Position numbers and translations under genes: made by a program. From NCBI GenBank assembly GCA_041987425.1, contig JBHIWP010000002.1:18608-82607 (forward strand): a stretch of DNA of 64,000 nt. Reading direction: 5' to 3'. The notes under the pieces are model-generated. The model saw only the letters and a list, made by a program, of their open reading frames with translations, made no database searches and was not told where the DNA came from. The number at the start of each line of letters is the position of its first letter. Within the stretch, counting starts at the first letter, position 1. Source of the DNA: Candidatus Promineifilaceae bacterium. GTDB taxonomy: Bacteria > Chloroflexota > Anaerolineae > Promineifilales > Promineifilaceae. This document shows positions 1 to 9,595 of this stretch, piece by piece.

Positions 1-384
1 AGAAGCGGTGTAACTGGTGTCAGTTGGCCCGTATTGGTCGTAGTGGTTCCACCCCGGCCCCTTTGCCACATAGGTAACGTGGCGTGTGCCTTCTGGCCGC
101 AGGTTGACAATAAACCCGCTTACGCAGTTGTAAACAAGGTTATCGAACACGGCCAAGCGCTGCATAGCCGCGCCGGTTCCTCCAAAGTGGTTATTCATTC
201 TGTCGTATTGGTCAAGCCTGCTTTTGGCCTTGACAGTGACTTCAATGCGTTCCACTCCGTAGGTTTCAACATTCCAACGAATACCGATTCTTTCCGGCCG
301 TTCAAACGCCTCGGACATCGTGCCCCCGGTAATGTGATACCCTGTAAAACTCGTCGTGAATCGCCCTGCAAATAACTCGCTCAT
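1..384 (-). CDS. Phage tail structural protein, N-terminal part only (gene continues past the window edge)
   Basis: Hand translation shows the minus-strand frame open from the ATG at 384-382 to base 1 (128 codons). It is absent from the ORF track. The ATG overlaps the TAA of the upstream tail gene as TAATG. Confidence 0.5.
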   Translation of the reverse strand, partial: MSELFAGRFTTSFTGYHITGGTMSEAFERPERIGIRWNVETYGVERIEVTVKAKSRLDQYDRMNNHFGGTGAAMQRLAVFDNLVYNCVSGFIVNLRPEGTRHVTYVAKGPGWNHYDQYGPTDTSYTAS

Positions 385-2351
385 TATGTTGTCCCTAACA
401 GGTGGCGAGTGCGGGGGGTAACATAAAATGTAAAGTTTCCTGTTTCTGTAAGTGTGAAAACCTCGTCATCTGACGAGGTGCCAAATACAAACAGGACAAA
501 TCGGGTCATCTTGTTACCCGCGACTACTGAAGTTATGTGACCGCTAGGATTAAGCAATACGCCTTGGGGGGTTTGCACCGTGGGGGGTACAGCAGTAGTA
601 TAAAACCCTGCAACGCTGTAATCATCACTCCGGCATATCACAATTTCTTTCCCTGCCGGGAAAAGCCAAACCCCGTCTATTTCAAACGTAGCCGAAGATG
701 TCGGAATATCCTCAATCGTTATTCTGTATTCAGCATTCCCGCTTCCTGGATAGGTATCAGGATCGAATATATCATCTGGGTAAAGCCCCCTCGCATCTAT
801 CAATCCCAAGTCTATAATTTCCCAATTCCCCCCGGTATTAGGTAGGCTCTGCGTTGTCTCCTGGTGTGACACAAACCCACGATACAGAGCAGATGCAATA
901 GTAGGCGTTGTGTTGTTGTTTCTGATAAGCCCAAACGCACGTAATGGGGTGCCCCACTGTAGGCGTGCGGCGTCTGTAGAAAAGCGGTAATAAATTGTTG
1001 TTGTATTTGTTGCGCTGGATGGTGACGTAAGTCTGATGTAATTTCCACCCGATACAGTCCCGCTTTGCGTGGATATGGTAACTCCACCACTTACGGCACT
1101 GGTTGAAAATTCATCACTATCAATAAAATGCTTGTAGTCAGCGACTAGGTATTTACCATCTGACAACGTGCTTAATATCATGGTTTTAGGCGACGTTGCA
1201 TAACCTGCTGGATTATTGTAAATCTTTACCAACGCATCACTATCCCCCGGCACGCCCCACACATCGACGTAGTTAATCCGCTCCTCATTACTGCTGGTTG
1301 GATCGTAACGATTACGGATTGCCGACGTGCTACACCACGCATCCGGCGCGGTGGTGGTGCCGGTTTGCAAGTACGCCCCGTCAATCACAAAATTGCTTAC
1401 CTTTGTGGCGCTGCTTGCCGTCCGTGATATGTAAAACCTGAAATTCGCGTTGGTATTGGTTCCGCTCAACACATAGCGATACCATGTACCAGATGCCCCC
1501 GTCGCTGTTTTGTCGTAGCCTGTTGGCGTGGTCGGGTTAAATGTCTTGCTCTGTATGCTTACGTCGCTGCCATCGGTCAAGTTGATTGTCACCGGGTCGC
1601 CAAATAAACCACCGCTGGTCAACCCCCTTAACCACACATAGGCTACGGCCTGAGTGCTTGATGACGCCGTAACAGATGCGCGTATTCCCTCATTGGTACT
1701 GGTGTCTGTAGCGATTTGCTGCGCTTTACCACCGATCAGGTAATTCACCACGCTGATATTTGTTGTAGGCGTCCCTACGGCCGTCCACCCGTCGGCCAAG
1801 CCGTCGCTATTAGAATCCTCTAGGAAGTGTGGCGAGCTTGCTAAATCGTTACGCAGGGTTATGGCCGCCCCCTCGCCTAATGGCTCCACAACGAGCATAA
1901 TCACCACGCCCAAAGCCCGCTTGTTAAGGATTGACGCAGGAGTGTAGTAACTGCCTGAATCATCCACATCGCCATAGATAACGGTGGCGTCGGTGTAGTT
2001 GGTCATGCCGTCTAACTGTATGCGTAAATAAATCTTATCTACATCACCATCAGCATGATAACGTGCGGCCTGTTGGTCCTCTCCGTCAATCCATCGTTTA
2101 ATGGGGGCAATGGTATTAATCACGTCGTCCCAATCATCCCCGTACACGTTCTTTGTTAGAAAGACCGTCCGCGGCTGGTTTTTCAGGCGTATCAACTTCG
2201 GTGATCCATTGTCCGGTCTATGCCATAAAACATCAGGCTCCCCGGCTTCCACTTTTAAGCCGTAATGTAGTTTAAAATCGGCCTGGCTTGCCGCATCATA
2301 AACAAATTCGTAATCCGTGGTTCCGTCGCTCAGTATGACGCTATCGGCCAT
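384..2351 (-). CDS. Phage tail protein directly after the tape measure (distal-tail / baseplate-like, Ser/Thr-rich C-terminal half)
   Basis: 655-aa ORF whose start abuts the tape measure stop. The position is typical of Dit-like proteins. No motif was recognised by eye. Confidence 0.5.
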   Translation of the reverse strand: MADSVILSDGTTDYEFVYDAASQADFKLHYGLKVEAGEPDVLWHRPDNGSPKLIRLKNQPRTVFLTKNVYGDDWDDVINTIAPIKRWIDGEDQQAARYHADGDVDKIYLRIQLDGMTNYTDATVIYGDVDDSGSYYTPASILNKRALGVVIMLVVEPLGEGAAITLRNDLASSPHFLEDSNSDGLADGWTAVGTPTTNISVVNYLIGGKAQQIATDTSTNEGIRASVTASSSTQAVAYVWLRGLTSGGLFGDPVTINLTDGSDVSIQSKTFNPTTPTGYDKTATGASGTWYRYVLSGTNTNANFRFYISRTASSATKVSNFVIDGAYLQTGTTTAPDAWCSTSAIRNRYDPTSSNEERINYVDVWGVPGDSDALVKIYNNPAGYATSPKTMILSTLSDGKYLVADYKHFIDSDEFSTSAVSGGVTISTQSGTVSGGNYIRLTSPSSATNTTTIYYRFSTDAARLQWGTPLRAFGLIRNNNTTPTIASALYRGFVSHQETTQSLPNTGGNWEIIDLGLIDARGLYPDDIFDPDTYPGSGNAEYRITIEDIPTSSATFEIDGVWLFPAGKEIVICRSDDYSVAGFYTTAVPPTVQTPQGVLLNPSGHITSVVAGNKMTRFVLFVFGTSSDDEVFTLTETGNFTFYVTPRTRHLLGTT

Positions 2352-4744
2352 TATTTAAGGCTCCCTATTCTTTCCACTACCATTGTGGAAACGCGATCAG
2401 CAAAGCGCTGGCCGCTTTCCCCCGGCCGTTGCACCACCTGCCCTATCAATGGCGCGTTAATGTTTATACCGCCCATGCCCCCGGCCTGTGACGATGGAAT
2501 AACATTCCCCTGATCGCCGGGGATAAGAAAAAGACGGCCGTTTTGTTTAAATAATTCTGGCTGGTTGAATTCCCCCACCTGTGACATTTCGCCGGGTAGC
2601 AAAAAGTTCCCTAGTGCGCTTTGCTTGCCATGCTCTTTTACGTCACCGCTACCGCTGCCTAAATCGCTGGCAGATGAGGTGTTAACGGTTACACTGGCAG
2701 AAGCGTGACGGCCGTCAACACTATCTAGCAGCCCCTTCACTTCTCGGAGGCGTTCAATAGAATCGCCCATCATAAGCGTATAGGCCGTTTCTACTTTCTG
2801 CGGCGTGGCATTAAACAGGTCAATAAGCTGCTGCTGCTTTTCGGCCGCTGCTATAGCCGATTCAGCAGTTCTAAATGTCCCACTGGCAAGCAAATCAAAA
2901 GCAATGCCTGCAACCTCGGCACTCACACCACCGTCAACAACTATCTGATTTAGTTCCTCAATGGCGATACGCGCCTCAGCCGCCTGTAATCGCATGTCGG
3001 CTTCTGCCTGCGTCAATTCCCCAATAGCAACGGCGTAATCTAGGGTGCGCTGTACGGCGTCTGGGTCTGGCGACAATTCGGCCAATGCCAGCGCCCCTTC
3101 AAATGCAAGGTCTCTGTATGAATCAATGATTGCTTGATTAGCGGCGTCTATGGCTTCCTGTGCGGCTTCTGCGTCCTCTATGCTGCCTGTATAAGCCGAT
3201 CCCACCGCGCCCTGTGAGGCTTCAAGGTCGGCACGCTGGGCAATAAGCGCCTCCCGCTGGCTGTCGCTCAAATCACCTTGCAGGGCTTGATACGCTGCCA
3301 GCCATTCCGCGCTGCCCTCATTGACAGTATTGAGAATTTCACGCATAGCCCCCTTTTGCTCATCGCTCAAATCGGCGGCAAGCTGGGAATTAATAGAGGC
3401 AATCTGCCCGCTATTATCGCGTGTGGTCTGTACCCACTCCCCTTGTGCCCCGGCAAGCTGTTGCTGGGCTTCTAGCAGTTGGCTAATCGCATCGCCAGCC
3501 CCGCCTAAATTTTGCAGTTGCCCTGCTATGGCCTGGCTGTAATTGCGTGCGGCGTTGGCAGCCTCTTGCAAATGTGCGTAGTTCTGGATTAATACCCGGT
3601 CGTAGGATTCACCCTGCGCTACGGCCGCTTCATACGCAGCGGCGGCGGCTAAATTCTCTGCTGAATTGGCTTCAGCAGCGGCGGCAACATCCCGATTGTA
3701 TTGTGCCATCCGATCCATTTGCTCATTAAGCTGCTCGGCTTCCCCTGTTGCTTGCTTTAATGCAACAGCCTGATCGTACCATGCCCGCGTGGTCATGATG
3801 TCAAAGGTATGCACCCCGGCAGCATGTAGCATCTGCTGGTACTCTTCAAAACTACCAGCAGTACGGCCGATGGACTCCATCACCTTTTGCTCACCCTCAA
3901 TTGTGCGGGTTTGCGCTTTGGTGTAATCGCCTGTGGCTTCTGCCATAGCAAGGTTTCTAGCCTCTACATCCTGAATGGCTTTGGAAAAGTCACCGTTTAT
4001 CAATTGCACCCAAGGTAATAACCCTTCTGCTAGATGTTGCTTAAAAGCATCGGTAGATTCCCCCACCTTTACTTCTAAGCGTGCCCAGGCGTCCGCTTGG
4101 CTGTCAACATTGCCTCCCACCTGCTGAATAAGCTGATCGCCAGATTCAAGGACGGCGTTAAGTAACGCAACCTGCTTTTCTTCTGCCGTCAATGCCTCTA
4201 CTGTTTTGCCTAGCTGCTGCGCGTATTTTTCGTTAGCCTCGCCAACCTTGACCACGATACCCAGGTTGTCAAGAATGAGGGGAGAAGCGCGCTTGATACC
4301 TGTAGCGATACTGTCATACAGGAAAGCGGTATCGCCTAATTGCGGATTAAGTTTGTTGGATGCTTTGGCGATTTCTAGCAGCTGCGGCGCATTGGCGGCT
4401 AGTTTCCCGGCAAGCTCATCACTCGCCCCGGCCGTGAGCTTAAGAAGCCCGGCCATAAGGTCAGCTTCCTTGATCGTGCCGCGTGCGGCCGCGCTCATGT
4501 TATCCAGCAGTCCAGGCGTCTTAAAAACTTCCTGATTCATTAGCTCAAATGAATCACGGAGCTGGTTCAGGTTGGCTCCCTCGCGTGATAGGTCAAAGGC
4601 TTTTTTGAACGTGGCCCCCATTGCTACCATGCCAGCAGTTACATTCTTGGCAGTGCCTAGCAAGTCATCAAGGCGTTGCCCGATACCCTTGATAGCATCG
4701 CTCCCTTGATCAACCTGTTTGACAACTAACCTAACTTCTGCCAC
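2351..4744 (-). CDS. Tail tape measure protein
   Basis: 797 aa, Ala/Gln/Glu/Leu-rich and helical. It is the longest tail-module gene and lies immediately downstream of the G/GT chaperone pair. Confidence 0.85.
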   Translation of the reverse strand: MAEVRLVVKQVDQGSDAIKGIGQRLDDLLGTAKNVTAGMVAMGATFKKAFDLSREGANLNQLRDSFELMNQEVFKTPGLLDNMSAAARGTIKEADLMAGLLKLTAGASDELAGKLAANAPQLLEIAKASNKLNPQLGDTAFLYDSIATGIKRASPLILDNLGIVVKVGEANEKYAQQLGKTVEALTAEEKQVALLNAVLESGDQLIQQVGGNVDSQADAWARLEVKVGESTDAFKQHLAEGLLPWVQLINGDFSKAIQDVEARNLAMAEATGDYTKAQTRTIEGEQKVMESIGRTAGSFEEYQQMLHAAGVHTFDIMTTRAWYDQAVALKQATGEAEQLNEQMDRMAQYNRDVAAAAEANSAENLAAAAAYEAAVAQGESYDRVLIQNYAHLQEAANAARNYSQAIAGQLQNLGGAGDAISQLLEAQQQLAGAQGEWVQTTRDNSGQIASINSQLAADLSDEQKGAMREILNTVNEGSAEWLAAYQALQGDLSDSQREALIAQRADLEASQGAVGSAYTGSIEDAEAAQEAIDAANQAIIDSYRDLAFEGALALAELSPDPDAVQRTLDYAVAIGELTQAEADMRLQAAEARIAIEELNQIVVDGGVSAEVAGIAFDLLASGTFRTAESAIAAAEKQQQLIDLFNATPQKVETAYTLMMGDSIERLREVKGLLDSVDGRHASASVTVNTSSASDLGSGSGDVKEHGKQSALGNFLLPGEMSQVGEFNQPELFKQNGRLFLIPGDQGNVIPSSQAGGMGGININAPLIGQVVQRPGESGQRFADRVSTMVVERIGSLK

Positions 4745-5093
4745 TGTTGATACCTACCTTTAATAGCCCCTGTTCTTGCAAGTCGCCTAACAACAAACGC
4801 TCATTGACAGTTAGGCCGGTATTGACCGCTTCTCCCTGCAATGAGCGAAATTTACTGACTACCCGGTGGATGTTTCTCAAGGCTCTCATGCGGGTAAATT
4901 CTGTGTAATCTTGTTCATGTACACCACCGCTACGCGGTAGATGATAATCACCACAGAGCCAGGCCAATTCTAATTCGGGCGGCGGCGTGGCCTTGCTGTT
5001 TACTACACACTGCACCGTCGCCTCTATGAGTTTTTTGGCACGGCCTCCGCTTCTAGGCTGTTCATGTGCCGGGCGGTTTGGTTCCCTACCCAC
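4731..5093 (-). CDS. T-frame ORF of the tail assembly chaperone, expressed as a G-T fusion by -1 frameshift
   Basis: The ORF overlaps the 3' end of the G ORF in the -1 frame and has no convincing start of its own. The slippery A AAA AAC lies in the overlap. Confidence 0.65.
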   Translation of the reverse strand: MGREPNRPAHEQPRSGGRAKKLIEATVQCVVNSKATPPPELELAWLCGDYHLPRSGGVHEQDYTEFTRMRALRNIHRVVSKFRSLQGEAVNTGLTVNERLLLGDLQEQGLLKVGINSGRS

Positions 5094-5335
5094 ATCACAA
5101 CATCAGCAACCTTAGGGCCGGTTTCTTTTTCAAGGTCTAGCTCTTTCGGATTAGGAACGGCTTCGCACTCCCATTCCTGATAAAGCGCCAAAAAGCCCAG
5201 CCATGTGCGAATGTAAACATCCTCACTGAAAAACCCGGTGGCATACACGCGCCCTCTGTACCGTAGCTGCTGCCCTACTGTGGGCGCGTCCGGTAATGTG
5301 AAGCGTACGCCTAAATCTTCGTTGGTAAATTCCAT
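5024..5335 (-). CDS. Tail assembly chaperone (gpG-like)
   Basis: Lies between the major tail protein and the tape measure. The start was moved to the ATG at 5335 (MEFTNEDLG...), just after the major tail stop at 5353. Confidence 0.65.
   Translation of the reverse strand: MEFTNEDLGVRFTLPDAPTVGQQLRYRGRVYATGFFSEDVYIRTWLGFLALYQEWECEAVPNPKELDLEKETGPKVADVVMWVGNQTARHMNSLEAEAVPKNS
5030..5036 (-). promoter_or_regulatory. Programmed -1 ribosomal frameshift slippery heptamer A AAA AAC
   Basis: The minus strand reads GTG CCA AAA AAC TCA TAG in the G frame. A -1 slip gives GCC AAA AAA CTC ATA GAG, which matches the 4731..5093 ORF (AKKLIEATV). Confidence 0.65.
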
Positions 5336-5352
5336 TTGTGCCCCCTGATTGA

Positions 5353-5769
5353 TTACAGCGCCACGCTGGTATAGTCGAATCCATCGCCGCTCGTGCTGCG
5401 ATATTCGGCCGTCCATGTTTGCAAGCCTACGGGAATGGATACGCTTACCGTCCCAATATTGGCCTCACCGGTGATGTACTGCCCACTTGCCAGCGTTACC
5501 TCAATCGTTTTGGTGGCACTGGTTCCTGCGGCTGCCAACGGCCCATAAATGCCGCGCGTGGTGCTGTTCATCATGCCCGTAAGCGTGATGCCCTTCACAG
5601 CGCCAATATCACGTTGTTCTGTTCTGTTGCTGTCACCCAGCCCGGTATCTTCCACCAGACCATTACCGCCGTTAATCGTGGCGTTGGTTACATCTCCCGA
5701 AATGGTTGTCAATGTACCGGATGCGTTATCTACCCGGACGCCTGCTACATCACTTAATGCATGGCTCAT
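5353..5769 (-). CDS. Major tail (tube) protein
   Basis: 138 aa, Gly/Thr/Ser-rich and beta-type in composition. It lies immediately upstream of the chaperone pair. Confidence 0.65.
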   Translation of the reverse strand: MSHALSDVAGVRVDNASGTLTTISGDVTNATINGGNGLVEDTGLGDSNRTEQRDIGAVKGITLTGMMNSTTRGIYGPLAAAGTSATKTIEVTLASGQYITGEANIGTVSVSIPVGLQTWTAEYRSTSGDGFDYTSVAL

Positions 5770-5954
5770 TCGTTCACCTCATCACTTTGTTCATATTCGG
5801 CTACGGCCGTTTCCAACCGTGCCAGCTTGGTATGATCGTATGTATCAAAGTGCCCCCCGCGCTCCTGTTGTGCCACAAGCGCCTGTTGTTTCTCTAAAGC
5901 TGCCAAAAGGTCAGCCGGTGCTTTACTCCTGGAAGCTGATCGTGATTTCTTCAT
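5766..5954 (-). CDS. Small phage protein, unknown function
   Basis: 62-aa ORF translationally coupled to its neighbours in the head-tail joining block. Confidence 0.4.
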   Translation of the reverse strand: MKKSRSASRSKAPADLLAALEKQQALVAQQERGGHFDTYDHTKLARLETAVAEYEQSDEVNE

Positions 5955-6369
5955 TTACCGTTCCTATCATCGTCGCTACCAACCACTGCGGCGCGTCCGC
6001 TGGGTTTTGTGTAACCTCATTAACGGCCGTTACCTGTCCCTGCTGTACCGTGTTGCCCGTATCGCCTAAGCGGGGATACTGGTCAAGGTTACTCAGAAGC
6101 GTGTTGTAATTGGCCTCTAAGTTGGTCAAGGTACTGCCATCGTCACGATACTTCTGCCACACCTCAATAATGGTTTGCCATACGTTTTGACGGTTCTTAA
6201 AGGTCAACATCTCCCGCGTATGGCTCCCCGGCTTAAGGATGACATAAACAGAAGCCTTGCCATTATCCAGAATGCGCCAATCTCCCCGGCTGGTGTTGTT
6301 CTCATCGTAGCCACTAATGGCCCGAATGCGCGTCAACCAAAGCGCCTCTACATCACTGTAGCCACTCAC
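5923..6369 (-). CDS. Head-tail joining / tail completion-like protein
   Basis: 148-aa ORF assigned by position only, between the connector and the major tail gene. Confidence 0.4.
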   Translation of the reverse strand: MSGYSDVEALWLTRIRAISGYDENNTSRGDWRILDNGKASVYVILKPGSHTREMLTFKNRQNVWQTIIEVWQKYRDDGSTLTNLEANYNTLLSNLDQYPRLGDTGNTVQQGQVTAVNEVTQNPADAPQWLVATMIGTVNEEITISFQE

Positions 6370-6875
6370 GGATTGAACATCCTCCGTCTAAACATTGGCT
6401 GCTCTCTCACGGTGCTATCCGGGTCCGTGCGTTCGCCGTGCTTATTCATGGCCGTAAACGTCAAGGCGGCGCTGGCATCGTCGGCAACCGGCACGCCCTG
6501 ATCGGCCCATGACGTTTTACGCTTCTGTACCCATTCAAAAGGGTCATCACCTAACAGTTCCCACAGTGACTTGTAGCGGCTATCCTCAGAGCCATCAAAA
6601 CCTGTGGAGCGGGCGGTAAGCTCTACCATTGCCGCCGCCCGCGTCCTTACCCACAGGTCACAAGAGCGTTTTGGACTGGCAACCGAAACGGGAATAGAGA
6701 AGCCGCAAGCGCGTATAGCGTCGTTTAAATCGGATGAAATGTCGTCAATAAATGCTTCCACTTCTGACAGGCTGGGACGGCTGGCCTCATCAAATGTTGA
6801 TTCGCCGTCCAAAAAGTGCCGGGTCAATGCCAGCACATCAGCCACAGAAGAGTAAGAACTCGCTTCAATCGCCAT
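6366..6875 (-). CDS. Head-tail connector/adaptor-like protein
   Basis: 169-aa ORF with 4-nt overlap coupling. Assigned by position in the module. Confidence 0.4.
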   Translation of the reverse strand: MAIEASSYSSVADVLALTRHFLDGESTFDEASRPSLSEVEAFIDDISSDLNDAIRACGFSIPVSVASPKRSCDLWVRTRAAAMVELTARSTGFDGSEDSRYKSLWELLGDDPFEWVQKRKTSWADQGVPVADDASAALTFTAMNKHGERTDPDSTVREQPMFRRRMFNP

Positions 6876-7078
6876 TATTTCTTGCCGCTGCCCCGCTTGC
6901 TCTTGCTGCTGCTTTTGGCCTTAGGCGTTACGTTTTCCTCTACAATGACGCCCTGTCGCCACATGCGGCGGTGGGCTTCGTTACCTGCCTCAAAAGCGAA
7001 TAGATCGCCTGCTTTGTATTCTTTGCCGTCAATTTTGGCCGTCTGGTGTGCTACTCGGAACTGAACGTAATCACTCAT
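6875..7078 (-). CDS. Small phage protein with a Lys/Ser-rich basic tail
   Basis: 67-aa ORF coupled to its neighbours. Confidence 0.4.
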   Translation of the reverse strand: MSDYVQFRVAHQTAKIDGKEYKAGDLFAFEAGNEAHRRMWRQGVIVEENVTPKAKSSSKSKRGSGKK

Positions 7079-7334
7079 TTAGATACTTGCCCCTTGCCTC
7101 TTGTTTGGCGATATGCGCCGCCCGGTTGGCATCGTAGTTATCTAGTACCTCGCGTGCGGCTGGTCCTATGTTGTGTTCTTTGTGCGGTGGCAATCCACCC
7201 CACACCACGCTAGGCACCTGTGGCACGCGGCTCATGGCCTCGCCACAGTCGCACACGATACCCGTAGAATAGAGCATCCTATGTAAAACCTCTTTGTAGT
7301 GAGATTCAGGGCACTTGTATACGTAAGTCGGCAT
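7071..7334 (-). CDS. FmdB-type zinc-ribbon protein
   Basis: The N-terminus MPTYVYKCPESH...CDCGE has the paired Cys pattern typical of the CxxC_CxxC_SSSS zinc-ribbon family. Confidence 0.55.
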   Translation of the reverse strand: MPTYVYKCPESHYKEVLHRMLYSTGIVCDCGEAMSRVPQVPSVVWGGLPPHKEHNIGPAAREVLDNYDANRAAHIAKQEARGKYLNE

Positions 7335-7849
7335 TACCTTATCGCCTCCACTCTAAAATCACGCCAGGGCCAATGGTGTAAGGCTGGCTTGACGTGTATG
7401 TTTCCCGCTTTAAATCCCGCGTCGATGAGCATTTGCGTCATGGTGTGCGGTGTGTATCCCCATAGATGTTGATAGTGCGGGTTGCCGTTTTGGTGTCCAT
7501 AAATGGCGTACATATCATGAAACGGCCGTGGCTGCTGCGTAGTTGGAACCATCCCCAGCAGCGCCCTGGCTGCGTACTCTAAATTAGGCTGTTCGGTAAT
7601 CAGCACCCCGCCCGGTTTCAATATCTGGTACACGGCCGTTACAAGCTTTACCGCGTCCCTGTGGTAAAGAAGCTCAATAAAGTGAATCATCTCTACACAA
7701 TCCCACTGTTGCCCTGTTATCTGTTCGGGCAACGGCAAAGCAGGCGCGGCAATGTCGGCTCCCGCCTGTGGGTCAGCATCCAACGTCACCCAGCCCGCCG
7801 CGCGTAATCGGCTTGTTTCTCTCCCGCTGCCAATGTTAAGCCGGTTCAT
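7334..7849 (-). CDS. Class I SAM-dependent methyltransferase
   Basis: LNIGSG glycine-rich loop and the ILKPGGVLI motif. Small Methyltransf_11/23-like size. Confidence 0.6.
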   Translation of the reverse strand: MNRLNIGSGRETSRLRAAGWVTLDADPQAGADIAAPALPLPEQITGQQWDCVEMIHFIELLYHRDAVKLVTAVYQILKPGGVLITEQPNLEYAARALLGMVPTTQQPRPFHDMYAIYGHQNGNPHYQHLWGYTPHTMTQMLIDAGFKAGNIHVKPALHHWPWRDFRVEAIR

Positions 7850-8846
7850 TAAGGATTCTCTTTACCAATGCCATGCCGTTGCCTATGGCCTGATGCATGT
7901 CCATGTAACGGTACGTCGCCAGCCGCCCGGCGAACAATAAGCCATCAGCTTTGGCCCGCTCTGCATACCGCTTGTGTAGCTCATTATTTTCCGGCGTGTT
8001 TATGGGATAAATGCGGTAGTTTGTGCCGTCGTAGGCTTGTGGGTATTCGGTGGTAACGGCCGTTTCCCGCCGGGGCTTCTGTCGATGTCCAAAGTATTGC
8101 CATTCCATTTGACGGGTATAGGTTGGCGTGTAATCGGTGTAATTCATGGTGGCACAGCCAATGCCATGCTGTACGTGTTCTGTCTTCCAGGCGAGTGAGC
8201 GATAGGGCAAACGGCCGTATTCGTAACCATACAATGCGTCAAGTGAGCCGGTGTAAATCGTTCGCTTTGCGGTGGGGCAGTCATCGGGAAACGTTACGCC
8301 TAACTCCACTGGAATGCCCTTTAGCATGTTCTTTATCCATGCCGTGTATCCATGTTTAGGCATGGCTTGATAGCGGTCTGAAAAGTATCTGTCATCGTAA
8401 TCGCTGCGAATAGGGATTCGGGCCAATATGCCACCGGGCAAATCGTCAATATCCATCCCCCACTGCTTGAATGAGTAACCAGCAAAGAACGATTGCCGAA
8501 TAACGGCCGTTGCGTGTTGTTCGTCGCCATTTAAGCCTAGTTGGTGCAGAGTTAGCCTGTTCGGTGGCAAGCTGTACACGTTGCCCCGGTAATGCGCCTT
8601 GACGCGGTGTTCGTATGGTTCCCACTCGCTAAAGCGATTCACGAAGTTCCATATCGGCTTGTTGTTCGTGTGGAAGATGTGGCCCCCGTAGCGATTGATA
8701 AAATAATCCTCGCACGGATCATCATGGCAGTTGCCGCCAATATGATCGCGCTTGTCCACTACCACGCAGGAAGCCCCCGCCTCAGTGAGCAACCTTGCCA
8801 CTGTTGCCCCGGTCAATCCCGCCCCCACAATCAAAAAGTCAGTCAT
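7836..8846 (-). CDS. glf: UDP-galactopyranose mutase
   Basis: N-terminal FAD fold FLIVGAGLTGATVA, IGGNCHD, and GGHIFHTNNKPIWNFVNRF. Length and signatures fit Glf. Confidence 0.85.
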   Translation of the reverse strand: MTDFLIVGAGLTGATVARLLTEAGASCVVVDKRDHIGGNCHDDPCEDYFINRYGGHIFHTNNKPIWNFVNRFSEWEPYEHRVKAHYRGNVYSLPPNRLTLHQLGLNGDEQHATAVIRQSFFAGYSFKQWGMDIDDLPGGILARIPIRSDYDDRYFSDRYQAMPKHGYTAWIKNMLKGIPVELGVTFPDDCPTAKRTIYTGSLDALYGYEYGRLPYRSLAWKTEHVQHGIGCATMNYTDYTPTYTRQMEWQYFGHRQKPRRETAVTTEYPQAYDGTNYRIYPINTPENNELHKRYAERAKADGLLFAGRLATYRYMDMHQAIGNGMALVKRILNEPA

Positions 8847-9595
8847 TAGAAACGATGTCTAAACGCTATCGGCTCGTTGGCATACCACGCTACGCCGTCG
8901 GACATCCACACCCCAAACGGCAAACCGTAATGCTGGTGTGTATGAAACGTGAACGGCAATACAATGGAACTGTAGCCCTGTGCGGCAATCTCATAGCACA
9001 CTAGCCACTGTTGCCGGGCGCGGTGTGCGAGTGTGTCACATGCCTTCTGCCAGTCTTGCATATAGGCGCTGTACAGCCGTCGCCACGTTTTTGCTCTGGC
9101 TACCGTTACGCCAATGTTAAAGCACGGCTCACGGTAAATTTGCTCCCCCCAAAAGTTAGCTAATAATTTTTCGTCAACCTTTGGATGTAACCGCCGCGCT
9201 TCATCTATGAGCTTTTCATTAGGGCCGCTATTCCAGGCTACGCCTACTTCGTTATCTTCCCACGCCTCTAGCCAGCCCATTTCCTCAGTGGTAAACGGCC
9301 GTTGCAAGATAATGTCACCATCGCTGTAAATGATTAAATCGTCATCCTGCACACCGGGCAGTACCCGCAAAAAGGACCCATGCTGTACGCTATTGGTTCC
9401 CTCTGGTGCTCCGTCGTTCTGTTCGTGGCTAATGGTCAATGCCTGCACTTTGGGCAGTTCGTCAAGGTAGCCCGCTGGCACTTCACAGGCTACAGTAATG
9501 AGATAGACATCACCGGGAAAGAAGGCATTCACTGTCTTAAGGAACGGCCGTATTTTCTCTAGATAATCCTCTGTGGAGCTGCATACCAATTTCAT
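8846..9595 (-). CDS. Putative glycosyltransferase (DxD-type)
   Basis: YSDGDIIL DxD-like motif. The start was set at the ATG at 9595, which forms an ATGA overlap with the upstream stop. Confidence 0.4.
   Translation of the reverse strand: MKLVCSSTEDYLEKIRPFLKTVNAFFPGDVYLITVACEVPAGYLDELPKVQALTISHEQNDGAPEGTNSVQHGSFLRVLPGVQDDDLIIYSDGDIILQRPFTTEEMGWLEAWEDNEVGVAWNSGPNEKLIDEARRLHPKVDEKLLANFWGEQIYREPCFNIGVTVARAKTWRRLYSAYMQDWQKACDTLAHRARQQWLVCYEIAAQGYSSIVLPFTFHTHQHYGLPFGVWMSDGVAWYANEPIAFRHRF

Noticed and set aside
34-375. 113-aa plus-strand ORF at the left edge
   Set aside because: It is antisense to a minus-strand frame that is open from a TAATG-coupled ATG at 384 to the window edge and fits the tail-gene series. 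It is most likely a shadow ORF.
384-2351. Diversity-generating retroelement or other hypervariation system at the tail genes
   Set aside because: No reverse transcriptase gene and no template/variable repeat pair was seen in or near the tail genes within the window.
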